64,000 nucleotides of DNA from an uncultured Candidatus Saccharibacteria bacterium (lineage in GTDB: Bacteria > Patescibacteriota > Minisyncoccia > Phycocordibacterales > PALSA-1337). A program made the translations under genes and the position numbers. Positions 47,493 through 57,760 of this stretch are shown piece after piece. The notes under the pieces are model-generated. The model did no database searches and was not told where the DNA came from. It saw only the letters and a list, made by a program, of their open reading frames with translations. The DNA lies in NCBI GenBank assembly GCA_964529025.1, contig CAZGUZ010000003.1:22368-86367 (forward strand), written 5' to 3'. How positions within the stretch are numbered: position 1 is the stretch's first letter; each line of letters starts with the position of its first letter.

Positions 47493-48419
47493 TTAGTTTG
47501 TACTTTCTGCACTTACTGCTGATGGAGCAGCTGTTGCTGGTGCCGCTACCGGTGCACTAGGAGTAGTTGGTGCCGGTGCCTTTGCTTTTACAAGAGAAAC
47601 AAGAGTTGTAATAGCTTTTTTGAGGGCAGCATGAGCGTCTTTAACTGCTGCAATCGCATTCTCTCCAACCTCGCGAGCCTTTTCAGCATTGATGTCTGTT
47701 GAGGATGTTGTTTCGTCTGAACTTGGAGTGTAATTTGTGAGTTCGGTTACGGCAACTTTTGCAGCATCGATCTTGTCTGCCGCTTCATCGAGGAGTGCTG
47801 GTACATAACCTACATCTTTACCAGCTTTTTCTGCTTCGTCTACTCGAGCTGATACTTTTGTATATGCAGCAACGAGTTGACTAAGAACCTGGTTAAGTCG
47901 AGCTATGAGAGCTGTCTTTCGAGCTGCAAACTCCTCTTTTTTATAGGTTGCACGAACTTCTTGTCGAGCATCCTTCTGTTTTTCTCTGAGTTCCTTAATT
48001 GCTTCACCTCGCTCACGTGAAGATGTTGGTATATCACGACGAATTTCGGCTATACCATCCTTTCGGTCAAGTCTTATTGCTTCGAGAGCACCCTTTCGAG
48101 CATCTTTTGCTTGTTCTTCAGCAAGTTTTCTATCTTCAAGGATTTTATTTCGAATATCCTTGTTGATTTCACGGCGTTCTTCGATATTTGAGCGCAATTC
48201 TTTAATTGGGCCACGTGCATCACGCTCAGGTTTAGCCGTTGAGTTTTCGTTACTACTTGATGTGTTTGTTGGCGTTTCTTCGATTAAGAGGGTTGGCTCT
48301 GTATCAGTTTGTGCTTCTGCGCGAGAAAAGGTGGTAAGACTTAATGCTGCAACGAAAACCATTGTGCAGGCAATGGCCAAACTTGTTGCACGGTGATGTT
48401 TTTGTAATGAAATTGACAT
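47493..48419 (-). CDS. Secreted coiled-coil protein with Ala/Pro-rich tail, hypothetical
   Basis: Signal peptide, a heptad-rich K/E/R region, and a C-terminal PAPTTPSAPVAAPATAAP. Confidence 0.5.
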   Translation of the reverse strand: MSISLQKHHRATSLAIACTMVFVAALSLTTFSRAEAQTDTEPTLLIEETPTNTSSSNENSTAKPERDARGPIKELRSNIEERREINKDIRNKILEDRKLAEEQAKDARKGALEAIRLDRKDGIAEIRRDIPTSSRERGEAIKELREKQKDARQEVRATYKKEEFAARKTALIARLNQVLSQLVAAYTKVSARVDEAEKAGKDVGYVPALLDEAADKIDAAKVAVTELTNYTPSSDETTSSTDINAEKAREVGENAIAAVKDAHAALKKAITTLVSLVKAKAPAPTTPSAPVAAPATAAPSAVSAESTN

Positions 48420-48467
48420 ATCTTATATAGTAAATGGATAACACAATAAGTATACCGTGTTTTGTAC

Positions 48468-48496
48468 ATGCAAAAAGCGCCAAACGGCGCCTTTTG
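48468..48496. terminator. Rho-independent terminator (GCGCC-AAAC-GGCGC with A/T flanks) downstream of ppa
   Basis: Read directly from the sequence. Confidence 0.5.
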
Positions 48497-48521
48497 TGAA
48501 TAACTTTTAATAGAGAAACGT

Positions 48522-49049
48522 TTACTTTGCAGCTTTTGCTTCTTTGTAAAGTTTCTGACCTCGTTCAAAAGCTTCTACTGCCTCTTTCTGACCCTTAAAA
48601 CCTGTAACTTCTACAACTTTATTCTGAAGTTTCTTATATGTTGAGTAGAAATGCTCGATTTCTTTGAGGGTATGAGCGTTAATATCCTTTAAATCCTTAG
48701 TATCTGCCCAGCGAGGATCATCTTTTGGTACAGCAATGATTTTATCGTCGCGATCGCCTGAATCAATCATGCTCATGATGGCAATTGGTCGTGCTCGAAC
48801 AAGGATTCCAGGAATAAGGGGGTATGTTGTTAAAAGAACAACGTCCACCGCATCACCATCATCCCAAAGTGTCTGAGGAATAAAGCCGTAATCGAAAGGG
48901 AAGTCCTGAGCTGTGTGAGCTACACGGTCAAGGGCAATAATACCTGTTTCTTTGTCGATTTCGTACTTATTCTTTGCACCTTTATTGATTTCAATAATTA
49001 CATTGATTGCTTCTGGCTTTCCTGGAGCAATATCATGAAGTAAATTCAT
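48522..49049 (-). CDS. ppa: Family I inorganic pyrophosphatase
   Basis: DGDAVDVVLL and DDKIIAV signature segments; 175 aa. Confidence 0.9.
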   Translation of the reverse strand: MNLLHDIAPGKPEAINVIIEINKGAKNKYEIDKETGIIALDRVAHTAQDFPFDYGFIPQTLWDDGDAVDVVLLTTYPLIPGILVRARPIAIMSMIDSGDRDDKIIAVPKDDPRWADTKDLKDINAHTLKEIEHFYSTYKKLQNKVVEVTGFKGQKEAVEAFERGQKLYKEAKAAK

Positions 49050-49082
49050 ATTATTTGGCTATAAATAAGGTTTTTAATACTA

Positions 49083-50237
49083 CTATTCTACCTCAGAATC
49101 ACTGTCTGCACCCTTTGTTTGAGAGTCACCTTCTGCGTGAATATCGATTTTCCAACCTGTAAGCTTTGCTGCAAGGCGAACATTTTGGCCACCTTTTCCA
49201 ATTGCAAGTGACTGTTGATCCTGATCCACAACGACTGTTGCTTTGTTCTCTTCTTTATCAAGCTTAATTGATACGATTTTTGCTGGGGAAAGGGCTTCCT
49301 CGATGAATTTTGCTGGATCAGCATTCCATTCAATAATATCGATCTTTTCGCCACCGAGTTCACTCATAACTGTTGAAACTCGTACGCCGCGCTGTCCAAT
49401 AAGTGAACCTGTTGGATCAATATGGCTATCTGTTGTAGCAACAGCGATTTTTGATCGTGAACCAGCTTCGCGAGCAATTGCCTTGATTTCTACGATACCC
49501 TGAGCAATTTCTGGAGCTTCAACTTCGAAGAGCTTATGAAGGAATTGCGGGTGTGATCGCGAAAGACGAAGCATAATACCCTTAGGACTTTCCTCAACAG
49601 AGTAAAGATATGCCCGAATTCGTTCCCCTTGCTTGTAGCGCTCACCAGGAATTTGTTCTTCATAAGGAAGAATTCCTACTGCACGGCCCAAATCAACGAA
49701 TATATTGCCACGCTCTGTTCTTTGTACTGTTCCCGATATAATATCGCCTTCTTTTTCGCCAAATTCGCTCAAAACTGATGTTTTTTCAGCTTCACGGATC
49801 TTCTGAATGATTACTTGCTTAGCTGTTTGAGCAGCAATTCGGCCATAATTATCCTTTTGCTCAAGAGGGAATACGATTTCATCGTCAACATTGGCATCTT
49901 TCTTAATAATGCGAGCGTCTTCAATAAGAATATGATGTTCTGGGTTAAATCGAACCTTAATATCCTCTTCGGCTGTTGTGCTGAGGTCTTGCTCGGCTTC
50001 TTCATCGCCTTCCATAATGACCTTTGAGCGGTCAACGACGATTTTTACTTGGTAAAACTCAGTTTTTCCTGAATCAAGGTCAAAAACACAGCGAACAATC
50101 TGGCCTTTTTTGCCAAATTCTTTTTTGTACGCTGTTGCAAGGGCCATTTGAATAGCCTCGAGCATTTTTTCACGGGGAATACCGCGCTCCTCTTGGAGTT
50201 GATCAAGAACTGAATTTATTACTTTAAGGTCAAACAT
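49083..50237 (-). CDS. nusA: Transcription termination/antitermination factor NusA
   Basis: N-terminal RNAP-binding domain, S1 and two KH domains (GxxG loops); 384 aa. Confidence 0.9.
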   Translation of the reverse strand: MFDLKVINSVLDQLQEERGIPREKMLEAIQMALATAYKKEFGKKGQIVRCVFDLDSGKTEFYQVKIVVDRSKVIMEGDEEAEQDLSTTAEEDIKVRFNPEHHILIEDARIIKKDANVDDEIVFPLEQKDNYGRIAAQTAKQVIIQKIREAEKTSVLSEFGEKEGDIISGTVQRTERGNIFVDLGRAVGILPYEEQIPGERYKQGERIRAYLYSVEESPKGIMLRLSRSHPQFLHKLFEVEAPEIAQGIVEIKAIAREAGSRSKIAVATTDSHIDPTGSLIGQRGVRVSTVMSELGGEKIDIIEWNADPAKFIEEALSPAKIVSIKLDKEENKATVVVDQDQQSLAIGKGGQNVRLAAKLTGWKIDIHAEGDSQTKGADSDSEVE

Positions 50238-50370
50238 ATTTAGTTGTGAGTTATGCTCTTGCCACTATATGGCTTTGTTGAGCTATTTTGTAAATTTTCC
50301 TAAAAAATAAGCTCGCCGTTAAGCGAACCATTACGTAGTAGAGTATGTATCAAGAAGGGGGAGATGTCAA

Positions 50371-50680
50371 ATGCAATGTGGTGTGTATTTTGAGGGTGAC
50401 CATACTCGCTCTGTGCTCAGAGCGGTATTATATCTCGGGCGCCTACGCGCCCTCCGATAATTCCCCCTCAAAATACACACCACATTGCATGAGGTACACC
50501 CAACACTGCAAAGAGTCACTTTTGCCACCTACGCGCCCTCCGATAATTCCCCCTCAAAATACACACCACATTGCATGAGGTACACCCAACACTGCAAAGA
50601 GTCACTTTTGCCACCTACGCGCCCTCCGATAATTCCCCTACAAAATACACACCACATTGCAGGTACAGTGCTGTTGTGAG
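50371..50680. repeat. Composite repeat: a 26-bp inverted repeat (ATGCAATGTGGTGTGTATTTTGAGGG, 50371-50396) whose partner lies inside an 86-bp unit repeated about 2.65 times in tandem (copies starting 50442, 50528, 50614)
   Basis: Copies 1 and 2 are identical and copy 3 diverges at its end. Inner palindromes include CGCTCTG-TGCT-CAGAGCG (50406-50423) and GTTGTG-AGCA-CACAAC. Lies between the divergent nusA and pilB. Confidence 0.8.
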
Positions 50681-50790
50681 CACACAACAAGCACGGTCCA
50701 CCCAAAGCATAAGGCGATGTATTAGTTATACCCACTTTTATACTACTTTTGCTGAATTATCGCGGTATAATTAAGTAAATATTCCTCGCT

Positions 50791-52542
50791 ATGTTCATCG
50801 AAGATACCCAACTAAAAAAGTTCATTCTAGACTCGAACCTGGTCTCAAAGGCAGATTTGGATGCCGCTGCTAAAGAGGCAGAAAAAAAGAATGTAAGAAT
50901 TGGTGAAATTCTTGTAAACAACGGCAAAATTACCGAGGATAATCTTCGTCGAATGCAAGCGTATGTGCTCGGCATTCCTTTTGTTGACCTCAAGAATAAA
51001 AAGATTCCATTTGAAACACTTTCAATGATTCCTGAGCCTGTTGCTCGAAATCATAATATTGTGGCTTTTAAAAAGTCTGAAGACACTCTCGAAGTTGCAA
51101 TGCTCGATGTTGACGACTTGTCAGCAATTGATTTCGTAAAGAAAAAGGTTCACCTTAAAATTGTTGCGCGACTTACTGATACTGAGTCAGTTAAGAGTGC
51201 TATTGTTCAATACCAAAAGAGTCTTAAGGCTGAATTCGGCGACTTGATTCAGAAAGAAACTGCTTCACTTAAAATGATTGCTGAAAGTGAAGGGCAGGAA
51301 AATGTTTCTGGTGAAGACCTTAAGAAAATTGCAGAAGATCTTCCCGTGGTTCGCATTGTCGACACACTTCTTAAGCATGCAATTTTGCAAAATGCTTCGG
51401 ATATTCATATTGAACCAATGGAAGATCAGCTTTTGGTTCGCTATCGTATTGACGGCTTGCTTCGCGATGCCATGGTTTTACCCCGCAGTGCTGAGCCATC
51501 GATTACTGCTCGTATTAAAGTTTTGTCGAATCTTAAACTCGATGAAAAGCGTTTGCCACAGGACGGTCGTTTTAAGGTGGACATGACGAATGAAAAGGTT
51601 TCATTCCGTGTGTCGATTTTGCCAACATACTATGGTGAAAAAACTGTAATGCGTTTGCTCCGCGAAAACGTTTCTGGTTTTACACTCGAAGGTTTAGGTT
51701 TTCATGGGGAAGGGTTAGAAAGACTCCACCACGCTACAACTCTTTCAACGGGAATGATTCTTACGACAGGTCCAACTGGATCAGGAAAGACAACAACCCT
51801 CTATACTGTGCTCGATATTCTTAATACTCCCGATGTAAACATTTCTACCATCGAAGACCCTGTTGAATATCAAATGAAGCGAATTAATCAAACGCAAGTA
51901 AAACCTGAAATTGGTTTCTCTTTTGCAGTTGGATTGCGAACGCTTGTGCGTCAGGATCCTGACATTATTATGGTAGGAGAAATTCGCGACAATGAAACCG
52001 CTTCTCTTGCTGTTAACGCTGCTCTTACGGGTCACCTTGTGCTTTCTACTTTGCACACAAACTCTGCTGCGGGTGCTATTCCTCGTTTGATGGATATGAA
52101 GATTGAGCCATTTTTGCTCGTGTCAACACTTAACATTGTTGTTGCTCAAAGACTTGTGCGAAAGCTCACTGATGCAAAAGAAAAGTATTTTCTTTCTAAA
52201 GCTGAATTATCACAGCTAGAAAAAACCATTGATCTTGAATCGGTGCTCAAGACTCTTAAAGAAGAAAAAATTGTAGAGAAAAATGCCACATGGGAAAAGA
52301 TTCCATTCTGGAAACCAGCCAAAAAAGAAGGTAGTGATGGATTCTCGGGACGAATTGGAATTCACGAAGTGCTTAAAATGAGTCCTACAATCAAAGATCT
52401 CATTATGAAGGGTGCAACGACTGCCGAAATCGAAGCTCAAGCAAAAAAAGAAGGAATGATAACAATGTTTGAAGATGGAATATTCCAAGCAGTGCAAGGT
52501 TTAACAACGATTGAAGAAGTTCTCCGCGTAATATCAGAATAA
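50791..52542 (+). CDS. pilB: Type IV pilus assembly ATPase PilB
   Basis: N-terminal GspII/T2SSE_N domain, Walker A GPTGSGKTTTL, GspE box LRQDPDIIMVGEIRD; 583 aa. Confidence 0.9.
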   Translation: MFIEDTQLKKFILDSNLVSKADLDAAAKEAEKKNVRIGEILVNNGKITEDNLRRMQAYVLGIPFVDLKNKKIPFETLSMIPEPVARNHNIVAFKKSEDTLEVAMLDVDDLSAIDFVKKKVHLKIVARLTDTESVKSAIVQYQKSLKAEFGDLIQKETASLKMIAESEGQENVSGEDLKKIAEDLPVVRIVDTLLKHAILQNASDIHIEPMEDQLLVRYRIDGLLRDAMVLPRSAEPSITARIKVLSNLKLDEKRLPQDGRFKVDMTNEKVSFRVSILPTYYGEKTVMRLLRENVSGFTLEGLGFHGEGLERLHHATTLSTGMILTTGPTGSGKTTTLYTVLDILNTPDVNISTIEDPVEYQMKRINQTQVKPEIGFSFAVGLRTLVRQDPDIIMVGEIRDNETASLAVNAALTGHLVLSTLHTNSAAGAIPRLMDMKIEPFLLVSTLNIVVAQRLVRKLTDAKEKYFLSKAELSQLEKTIDLESVLKTLKEEKIVEKNATWEKIPFWKPAKKEGSDGFSGRIGIHEVLKMSPTIKDLIMKGATTAEIEAQAKKEGMITMFEDGIFQAVQGLTTIEEVLRVISE

Positions 52543-52551
52543 GTAAAAAAT

Positions 52552-53766
52552 ATGCCCCTCTACACATATAAAGCACGAAATATCGAAACCAAAGCCGAGG
52601 TTGCAGGTGAGCGTGAAGCTCATGATAAATTCGAGATTTATAAAGTTCTCAAAGAGGAAGGGCTTGAAGTGATTTTGGTTAAAGAAAAAAAGTCTTCAAA
52701 TTTTTCAATGAGTCTACCTTCATTTCTTAATAATGTTAAGACTCCTGAAAAAATTGCTTTTGCTCGAAATCTAGGATCAATGATTGAGGCCGGACTATCA
52801 GTTTCTCGCGCATTGTCCGTGCTCGAACGCCAGACATCAAATAAAAAGCTCCAGGTAGTTATTACCGATCTCATTACCCGTATTAGTCAGGGTACAACTT
52901 TTTCTGATGCAATGGCTGCTCACCCAAAAGTGTTTTCACATTTGTTTATTTCGATGGTCAAAGCTGGGGAGCAAAGTGGTACTTTAGCACAAGCATTTAA
53001 ATTAGTTGCTTTGCAAATGGACCGCATGTACACACTACAAAGAAAAGTTCGTGGTGCACTTATGTACCCAGGAATTATTTTCTCGGTAATGATTATCATT
53101 GGAGTTTTGATGTTGACGTACATTGTGCCAACACTTACAAAAACATTTATTGAACTTAAAGTTGAGCTTCCAGCTTCGACAAAGTTTATTATTTTTGTGA
53201 GTGATCTATTCCGCAATCACGGAATCCTAACACTGTTTGTATTCATTGTTTTTGCTGGGCTTGTATATTCTTGGACACGAACATTACAAGGAAAAAAGTT
53301 TTTTGACTGGGTATTCCTTAAAATCCCTGTTATCGGTGAAATTGTTCGCGAAGTAAATACAGCTCGAACAGCCCGAACTCTTTCTTCACTTTTAACTTCT
53401 GGTGTTGATGTTGTTGAATCTGTTCGCATCACGGGCGACGTGCTGCAAAATTACCACTATAAAAAGGTGCTCGAAGAAACAGGAGAGAAGATTAAAAAAG
53501 GTTCGCCAATGTCTGAGTTTTTTATTTCACACAAAGAAATCTACCCAGTCTTTCTTGGAGAAATGATGAGTGTGGGTGAAGAAACTGGAAAGATGGGGGA
53601 AATGCTTTTGGGAGTAGCAAAATATTACGAAGAAGATGTTGAGCAAAGGACAAAAGATATGTCGACAATTATCGAACCTTTCCTCATGGTGATTATTGGT
53701 GCCGCTGTAGGATTCTTTGCTCTATCAATGATATCGCCAATGTATTCACTTACAAGTGCAATTTAA
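52552..53766 (+). CDS. pilC: Type IV pilus inner-membrane platform protein PilC (GspF family)
   Basis: Two GspF repeats and three TM blocks; 404 aa, 9 nt after pilB. Confidence 0.9.
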   Translation: MPLYTYKARNIETKAEVAGEREAHDKFEIYKVLKEEGLEVILVKEKKSSNFSMSLPSFLNNVKTPEKIAFARNLGSMIEAGLSVSRALSVLERQTSNKKLQVVITDLITRISQGTTFSDAMAAHPKVFSHLFISMVKAGEQSGTLAQAFKLVALQMDRMYTLQRKVRGALMYPGIIFSVMIIIGVLMLTYIVPTLTKTFIELKVELPASTKFIIFVSDLFRNHGILTLFVFIVFAGLVYSWTRTLQGKKFFDWVFLKIPVIGEIVREVNTARTARTLSSLLTSGVDVVESVRITGDVLQNYHYKKVLEETGEKIKKGSPMSEFFISHKEIYPVFLGEMMSVGEETGKMGEMLLGVAKYYEEDVEQRTKDMSTIIEPFLMVIIGAAVGFFALSMISPMYSLTSAI

Positions 53767-53799
53767 TATACGGCAGTAACGGCATCACTAATAATATTT

Positions 53800-55605
53800 A
53801 TGTTGAAATTACCAACTAAAGTACAAAAAGGATCACAAGGATTTTCTTCAATAGAAGTTCTTGTCGGTACTGCTGTATTTTTGGTTATTTCTCTTGCTGC
53901 ATACAATGCTTACCTTGGAGTTTTTAAAATGGTTGCATATGCTCAGCAAAAGACTGCTGCGCTCAACTTGGTGAATGAGCAGTTTGAAATTATTCGCAAT
54001 CTGCCATATTCGCGCGTGGGTGTGGTAGGCAGTGTTCCTGCAGGTGATATTCCATATACACAAACTCTTGTGCGCGGAGGTATGACATTTAATGTTATAA
54101 CCACGGTTCGAAATATTGATCAGGCTTTTGATGGAACGATTGGCGGAATACCAAATGATACCTCACCAGCTGACAATAAGGTTGTTGAAGTTCGCATTGA
54201 ATGTCCTTCATGTGAGAAGTTTGCACCAATTGAATTAACAACTCATGTCGCTCCTAAGAGTTTGGAAACAGCTTCAACTAATGGTGCTCTTTTTATTAGA
54301 GTTTTTGATGCTAATGGCCAGCCCGTTTCCGGAGCTAACGTTCAGGTGGTGAATAGACAAGGAACTTCTACGATTACTATTAATGACACAACTGGTGTAA
54401 ACGGCATGCTTCAGCTTGTTGATGTTCCTCCAGGTAATAGTGCCTATGAAATTACTGTTTCAAAGAGTGGATATTCTACCGATAGAACATATACTCCAGG
54501 AGCAGTAGGGAATCCAAGTCCTTCAAAACCTCATGCAACGGTAGCTCTTCAGCAAGTGACTCAAGTAAGTTTTGTTATTGATCGCTTAAGTTCTTTGGCT
54601 ATATCAACAATGAATAATGCTTGCTCACCAATTTCGGGAGTACCACTTACTCTCACAGGCGATAAGCTTATTGGTGCAGGGGTAGTTAAGAATGTTCATT
54701 CATTAACTACTAATGGTAGCGGGGCATACACATTATCCGATATTGAGTGGGATGCTTATTCATTTACAACATCTTCAGGTTCATATCAAATTGCTGGAGT
54801 GAGTCCACTAAATGCTGTCGCCGTTAACCCTAATACTACACAGAACGTCTCGGTTGTTTTGCAAACAAAGAATACACCATCGCTACTTGTGTCTGTTCGC
54901 GATTCAAATACATTATTACCTCTTGCTGATGCAGAGGTAACTCTTAGTGGTGGTTCATATGATTCAACTAAAATTACTGGTCGTGGTTCATATTCACAAA
55001 CTGATTGGAGCGGGGGAGGTGGCCAACTTAATTTGCTTGATGAAACAGAATTTTATTCTTCAGATGGAAATATAGATTATAGTTCTCAGGGAGAAATTAA
55101 ACTAAAATCAACTTTAGGAACGTATGCAAGTAGTGGATCTATTGAATCGTCAGTGTTTGATCTAGGTTCAGCAAGTGTATTTAATCAGCTTGTGTGGACA
55201 CCGGCGGATCAGCAGCCAAGTACTGGTCCTAATGCAATTATGTTTCAGATTGCTTCTGCCACAAGTTCAACAGCAACTACTACGTGGACATACCGCGGTC
55301 CTGATGGAGCAACTGGTTCGTACTACAGTGTTTCCGACACTCCAATTAATGCAGTACACACTAATGATAGATACTTTAGGTATAAGCTCATTATGAATAC
55401 GGCAAGTACTACTGTTACTCCATTAATTTCAGACGTTTCATTTACGGCCACCTCATCATGTATTCCTCCGGGACAAGTTATTTTCTCAAGTATTCCAGCA
55501 GGAACATATACACTTACGGTATCAAAACCTGGGTTTACTGATTATGTTACAAGTGTAACTGTGGGTACTGGTTGGAGTGAAACTAAGGTAATTCTCGGCC
55601 CATAA
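53800..55605 (+). CDS. Prepilin-type protein with unusually large (about 560 aa) beta-rich globular region (major pilin or pilus adhesin)
   Basis: Class III signal (leader MLKLPTKVQKGSQG, then FSSIEVLVGTAVFLVISLAAY with Glu at +5) and CarboxypepD_reg-like segments. Confidence 0.7.
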   Translation: MLKLPTKVQKGSQGFSSIEVLVGTAVFLVISLAAYNAYLGVFKMVAYAQQKTAALNLVNEQFEIIRNLPYSRVGVVGSVPAGDIPYTQTLVRGGMTFNVITTVRNIDQAFDGTIGGIPNDTSPADNKVVEVRIECPSCEKFAPIELTTHVAPKSLETASTNGALFIRVFDANGQPVSGANVQVVNRQGTSTITINDTTGVNGMLQLVDVPPGNSAYEITVSKSGYSTDRTYTPGAVGNPSPSKPHATVALQQVTQVSFVIDRLSSLAISTMNNACSPISGVPLTLTGDKLIGAGVVKNVHSLTTNGSGAYTLSDIEWDAYSFTTSSGSYQIAGVSPLNAVAVNPNTTQNVSVVLQTKNTPSLLVSVRDSNTLLPLADAEVTLSGGSYDSTKITGRGSYSQTDWSGGGGQLNLLDETEFYSSDGNIDYSSQGEIKLKSTLGTYASSGSIESSVFDLGSASVFNQLVWTPADQQPSTGPNAIMFQIASATSSTATTTWTYRGPDGATGSYYSVSDTPINAVHTNDRYFRYKLIMNTASTTVTPLISDVSFTATSSCIPPGQVIFSSIPAGTYTLTVSKPGFTDYVTSVTVGTGWSETKVILGP

Positions 55606-55614
55606 TTAACCTCG

Positions 55615-56265
55615 ATGAAAATACAATATGCAAATGAAAGGAAAATAAGAGTACAGAAAAAGTCTTTAACAAAGCAAGGTTTTTCTTTGGTTGAAATCTT
55701 AGTTGCAGTTGCGGTATTGTCGATCCTTGTTATTGTTGTCGGTTCTTTTCAAAGGGATGTTTTTTTCTTAGGTTCAGTACTCAGAGGTTCTGCAACTGCT
55801 GCGCAAGATGCCCGCTCCATTATGCGCACTATGACAAAAGAGCTGCGTGAAGCTGCACCAAGTAGTAATGGCTCATATGTTATTGAAAGTGCAGCAACCT
55901 CTTCAATTGTTTTTTATGCTGACATTGATACCGATGTTCAGCGCGAGCGCGTGCGATATTTTATTGTAGGCAAAGAATTGCGAAAGGGGGTTATTCAGCC
56001 AACGGGGAACCCGGTTACATACCCTACAAATACAGAAACCTTTACTATTCTTGCTTCGACAATTTCTCCAACAACGTCACCAGCTTTTCGTTATTATGAT
56101 TCTTCATACGCTGGAACAAGTACATCAATGACCTATCCAATTGATACTGCTCGAATTCGTTTGGTACGTTTTGATTTATTACTCGACCTCGATGCTAATC
56201 GTTCACCTGTACCACGTTCATATACTACACAGGTTTCCATTAGGAATTTGAAAGATAACTTGTAA
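55615..56265 (+). CDS. Prepilin-type (pseudo)pilin
   Basis: Leader ...KSLTKQG followed by FSLVEILVAVAVLSILVIVV (Glu+5); 216 aa. Confidence 0.65.
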   Translation: MKIQYANERKIRVQKKSLTKQGFSLVEILVAVAVLSILVIVVGSFQRDVFFLGSVLRGSATAAQDARSIMRTMTKELREAAPSSNGSYVIESAATSSIVFYADIDTDVQRERVRYFIVGKELRKGVIQPTGNPVTYPTNTETFTILASTISPTTSPAFRYYDSSYAGTSTSMTYPIDTARIRLVRFDLLLDLDANRSPVPRSYTTQVSIRNLKDNL

Positions 56266-56274
56266 AATATATTT

Positions 56275-57714
56275 ATGAACTTTAAAAAAGGTTTAATACT
56301 CGTGAATGTGCTCGTATTCGGAACAATTGCAATTATTATTACAGTTGCTTTGGTTCGCTGGGTTGGCACTGTTATTGCAGCAACGCGACAACTATCTGCT
56401 CGTGAACAAGCGTTCCATATTGCAGAAGCCGGTATAGATTATTATCGCTGGCATTTAGCGCACGCCCCAACTGATTATACGAATGGAACAACAACACCGG
56501 GGCCATACAATTTTCCTTTTACTGATAAAGATGGAAATCGAATTGGGCAGTACTCGCTTTCAATTACACCTCCACCAACAGGATCAACCGTGGTAACCAT
56601 CGTTGCTACGGGTACCGTTGATGCATACCCAGGCGTCGCTCGTGCAATTCGAGCACAGCTTGCTATTCCTTCGCTTGCGAAATTTGCTGTAGTTGCTAAT
56701 GACGTTATGCGTTTTGGAGCAGGTACCGAAGTCTTTGGGCCAATTCACTCCAATGACGGAATTCGTTTTGATGGTATTGCACACAATTTAATTACAAGTT
56801 CGGTTGCTTCGTACAGTGATCCAGATAATCCTGGCCCCCTCAGATTTGGAGTGTATACAACAGATAGTCCTACTGATCCATCGCCACCTGCTGCTGTACC
56901 AAATCGCCCCGATGTTTTTATGGCAGGTAGACAGTTCCCATTACCTGAATCTGATTTCGTAGGTCTTACGACTGATCTTGCACAAATGAAAGCAGATGCT
57001 CAAGCAAATGGTAGGTACTTTGCTTCTTCAGGTTCGCAAGGGTATAGAGTGGTTCTTAAAACAAATGATACGTTTGATTTGTATCGAGTAAACACTCTTG
57101 TATCAATGGGTAGTAATTGCACAAAGCAATCAAGTGAGCCCTCAGGATCGGGGTGGGGTAGTTGGTCAGTAAATACCCAGACACTTTTAGGAAACTATGC
57201 TTTTCCTGCAAATGGAATCATCTTTCTTGAAGATCATGTGTGGGTCGAAGGTCAAATTAATACAGCACGTGTGACAATTGTCGCAGCTCGATTCCCGATT
57301 AATTCATCGACATATCGATCAATTACAATTAATAATGATTTGCTCTATACCAATTACGATGGGCGAGATGTGGTCGCACTAGTCGCACAAAACAATATTA
57401 ATGCAGGCCTACGCAGTGAAGATGATTTACGCGTAGACGCAGCCCTTATTGCTCAAAATGGTCGAGTCGGCCGATATTACTATCAAAATTCAGGATCAGG
57501 AAATTCAAGTTGCCAAGGGTATCATGACAGAGATGTCATTACTCTCTACGGAATGATAGCAAGTAATAAGCGATACGGTTTCTCGTATACTGATGGAACT
57601 GGCTATGATATTCGAAACATTATATATGATGCAAACCTATTGTATGCCCCACCACCAAGCTTCCCGCTAACAACCGACCAGTACAGTATTATCTCCTGGG
57701 AAGAGGTTAAGTAA
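56275..57714 (+). CDS. PilX-like minor pilin / pilus-associated protein
   Basis: Hydrophobic N-terminus followed by EQAFHIAEAGIDYY, which matches the PilX N-domain motif (AFyaAEaG); 479 aa. Confidence 0.5.
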   Translation: MNFKKGLILVNVLVFGTIAIIITVALVRWVGTVIAATRQLSAREQAFHIAEAGIDYYRWHLAHAPTDYTNGTTTPGPYNFPFTDKDGNRIGQYSLSITPPPTGSTVVTIVATGTVDAYPGVARAIRAQLAIPSLAKFAVVANDVMRFGAGTEVFGPIHSNDGIRFDGIAHNLITSSVASYSDPDNPGPLRFGVYTTDSPTDPSPPAAVPNRPDVFMAGRQFPLPESDFVGLTTDLAQMKADAQANGRYFASSGSQGYRVVLKTNDTFDLYRVNTLVSMGSNCTKQSSEPSGSGWGSWSVNTQTLLGNYAFPANGIIFLEDHVWVEGQINTARVTIVAARFPINSSTYRSITINNDLLYTNYDGRDVVALVAQNNINAGLRSEDDLRVDAALIAQNGRVGRYYYQNSGSGNSSCQGYHDRDVITLYGMIASNKRYGFSYTDGTGYDIRNIIYDANLLYAPPPSFPLTTDQYSIISWEEVK

Positions 57715-57760
57715 GTTAATGTGGATAACTCAACTTGTGTGAAGTAAGGAGGGGAGTATA

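Noticed and set aside
50345-50774. Three overlapping 64-77-aa ORFs (MHEVHPTLQRVTFATYAPSDNSP...) and a CRISPR-like appearance of the repeats
   Set aside because: These ORFs are generated by the 86-bp tandem repeat, so the identical peptides are just the repeat translated, with no SD. It is not CRISPR because entire 86-bp units are identical with no unique spacers and no cas genes.
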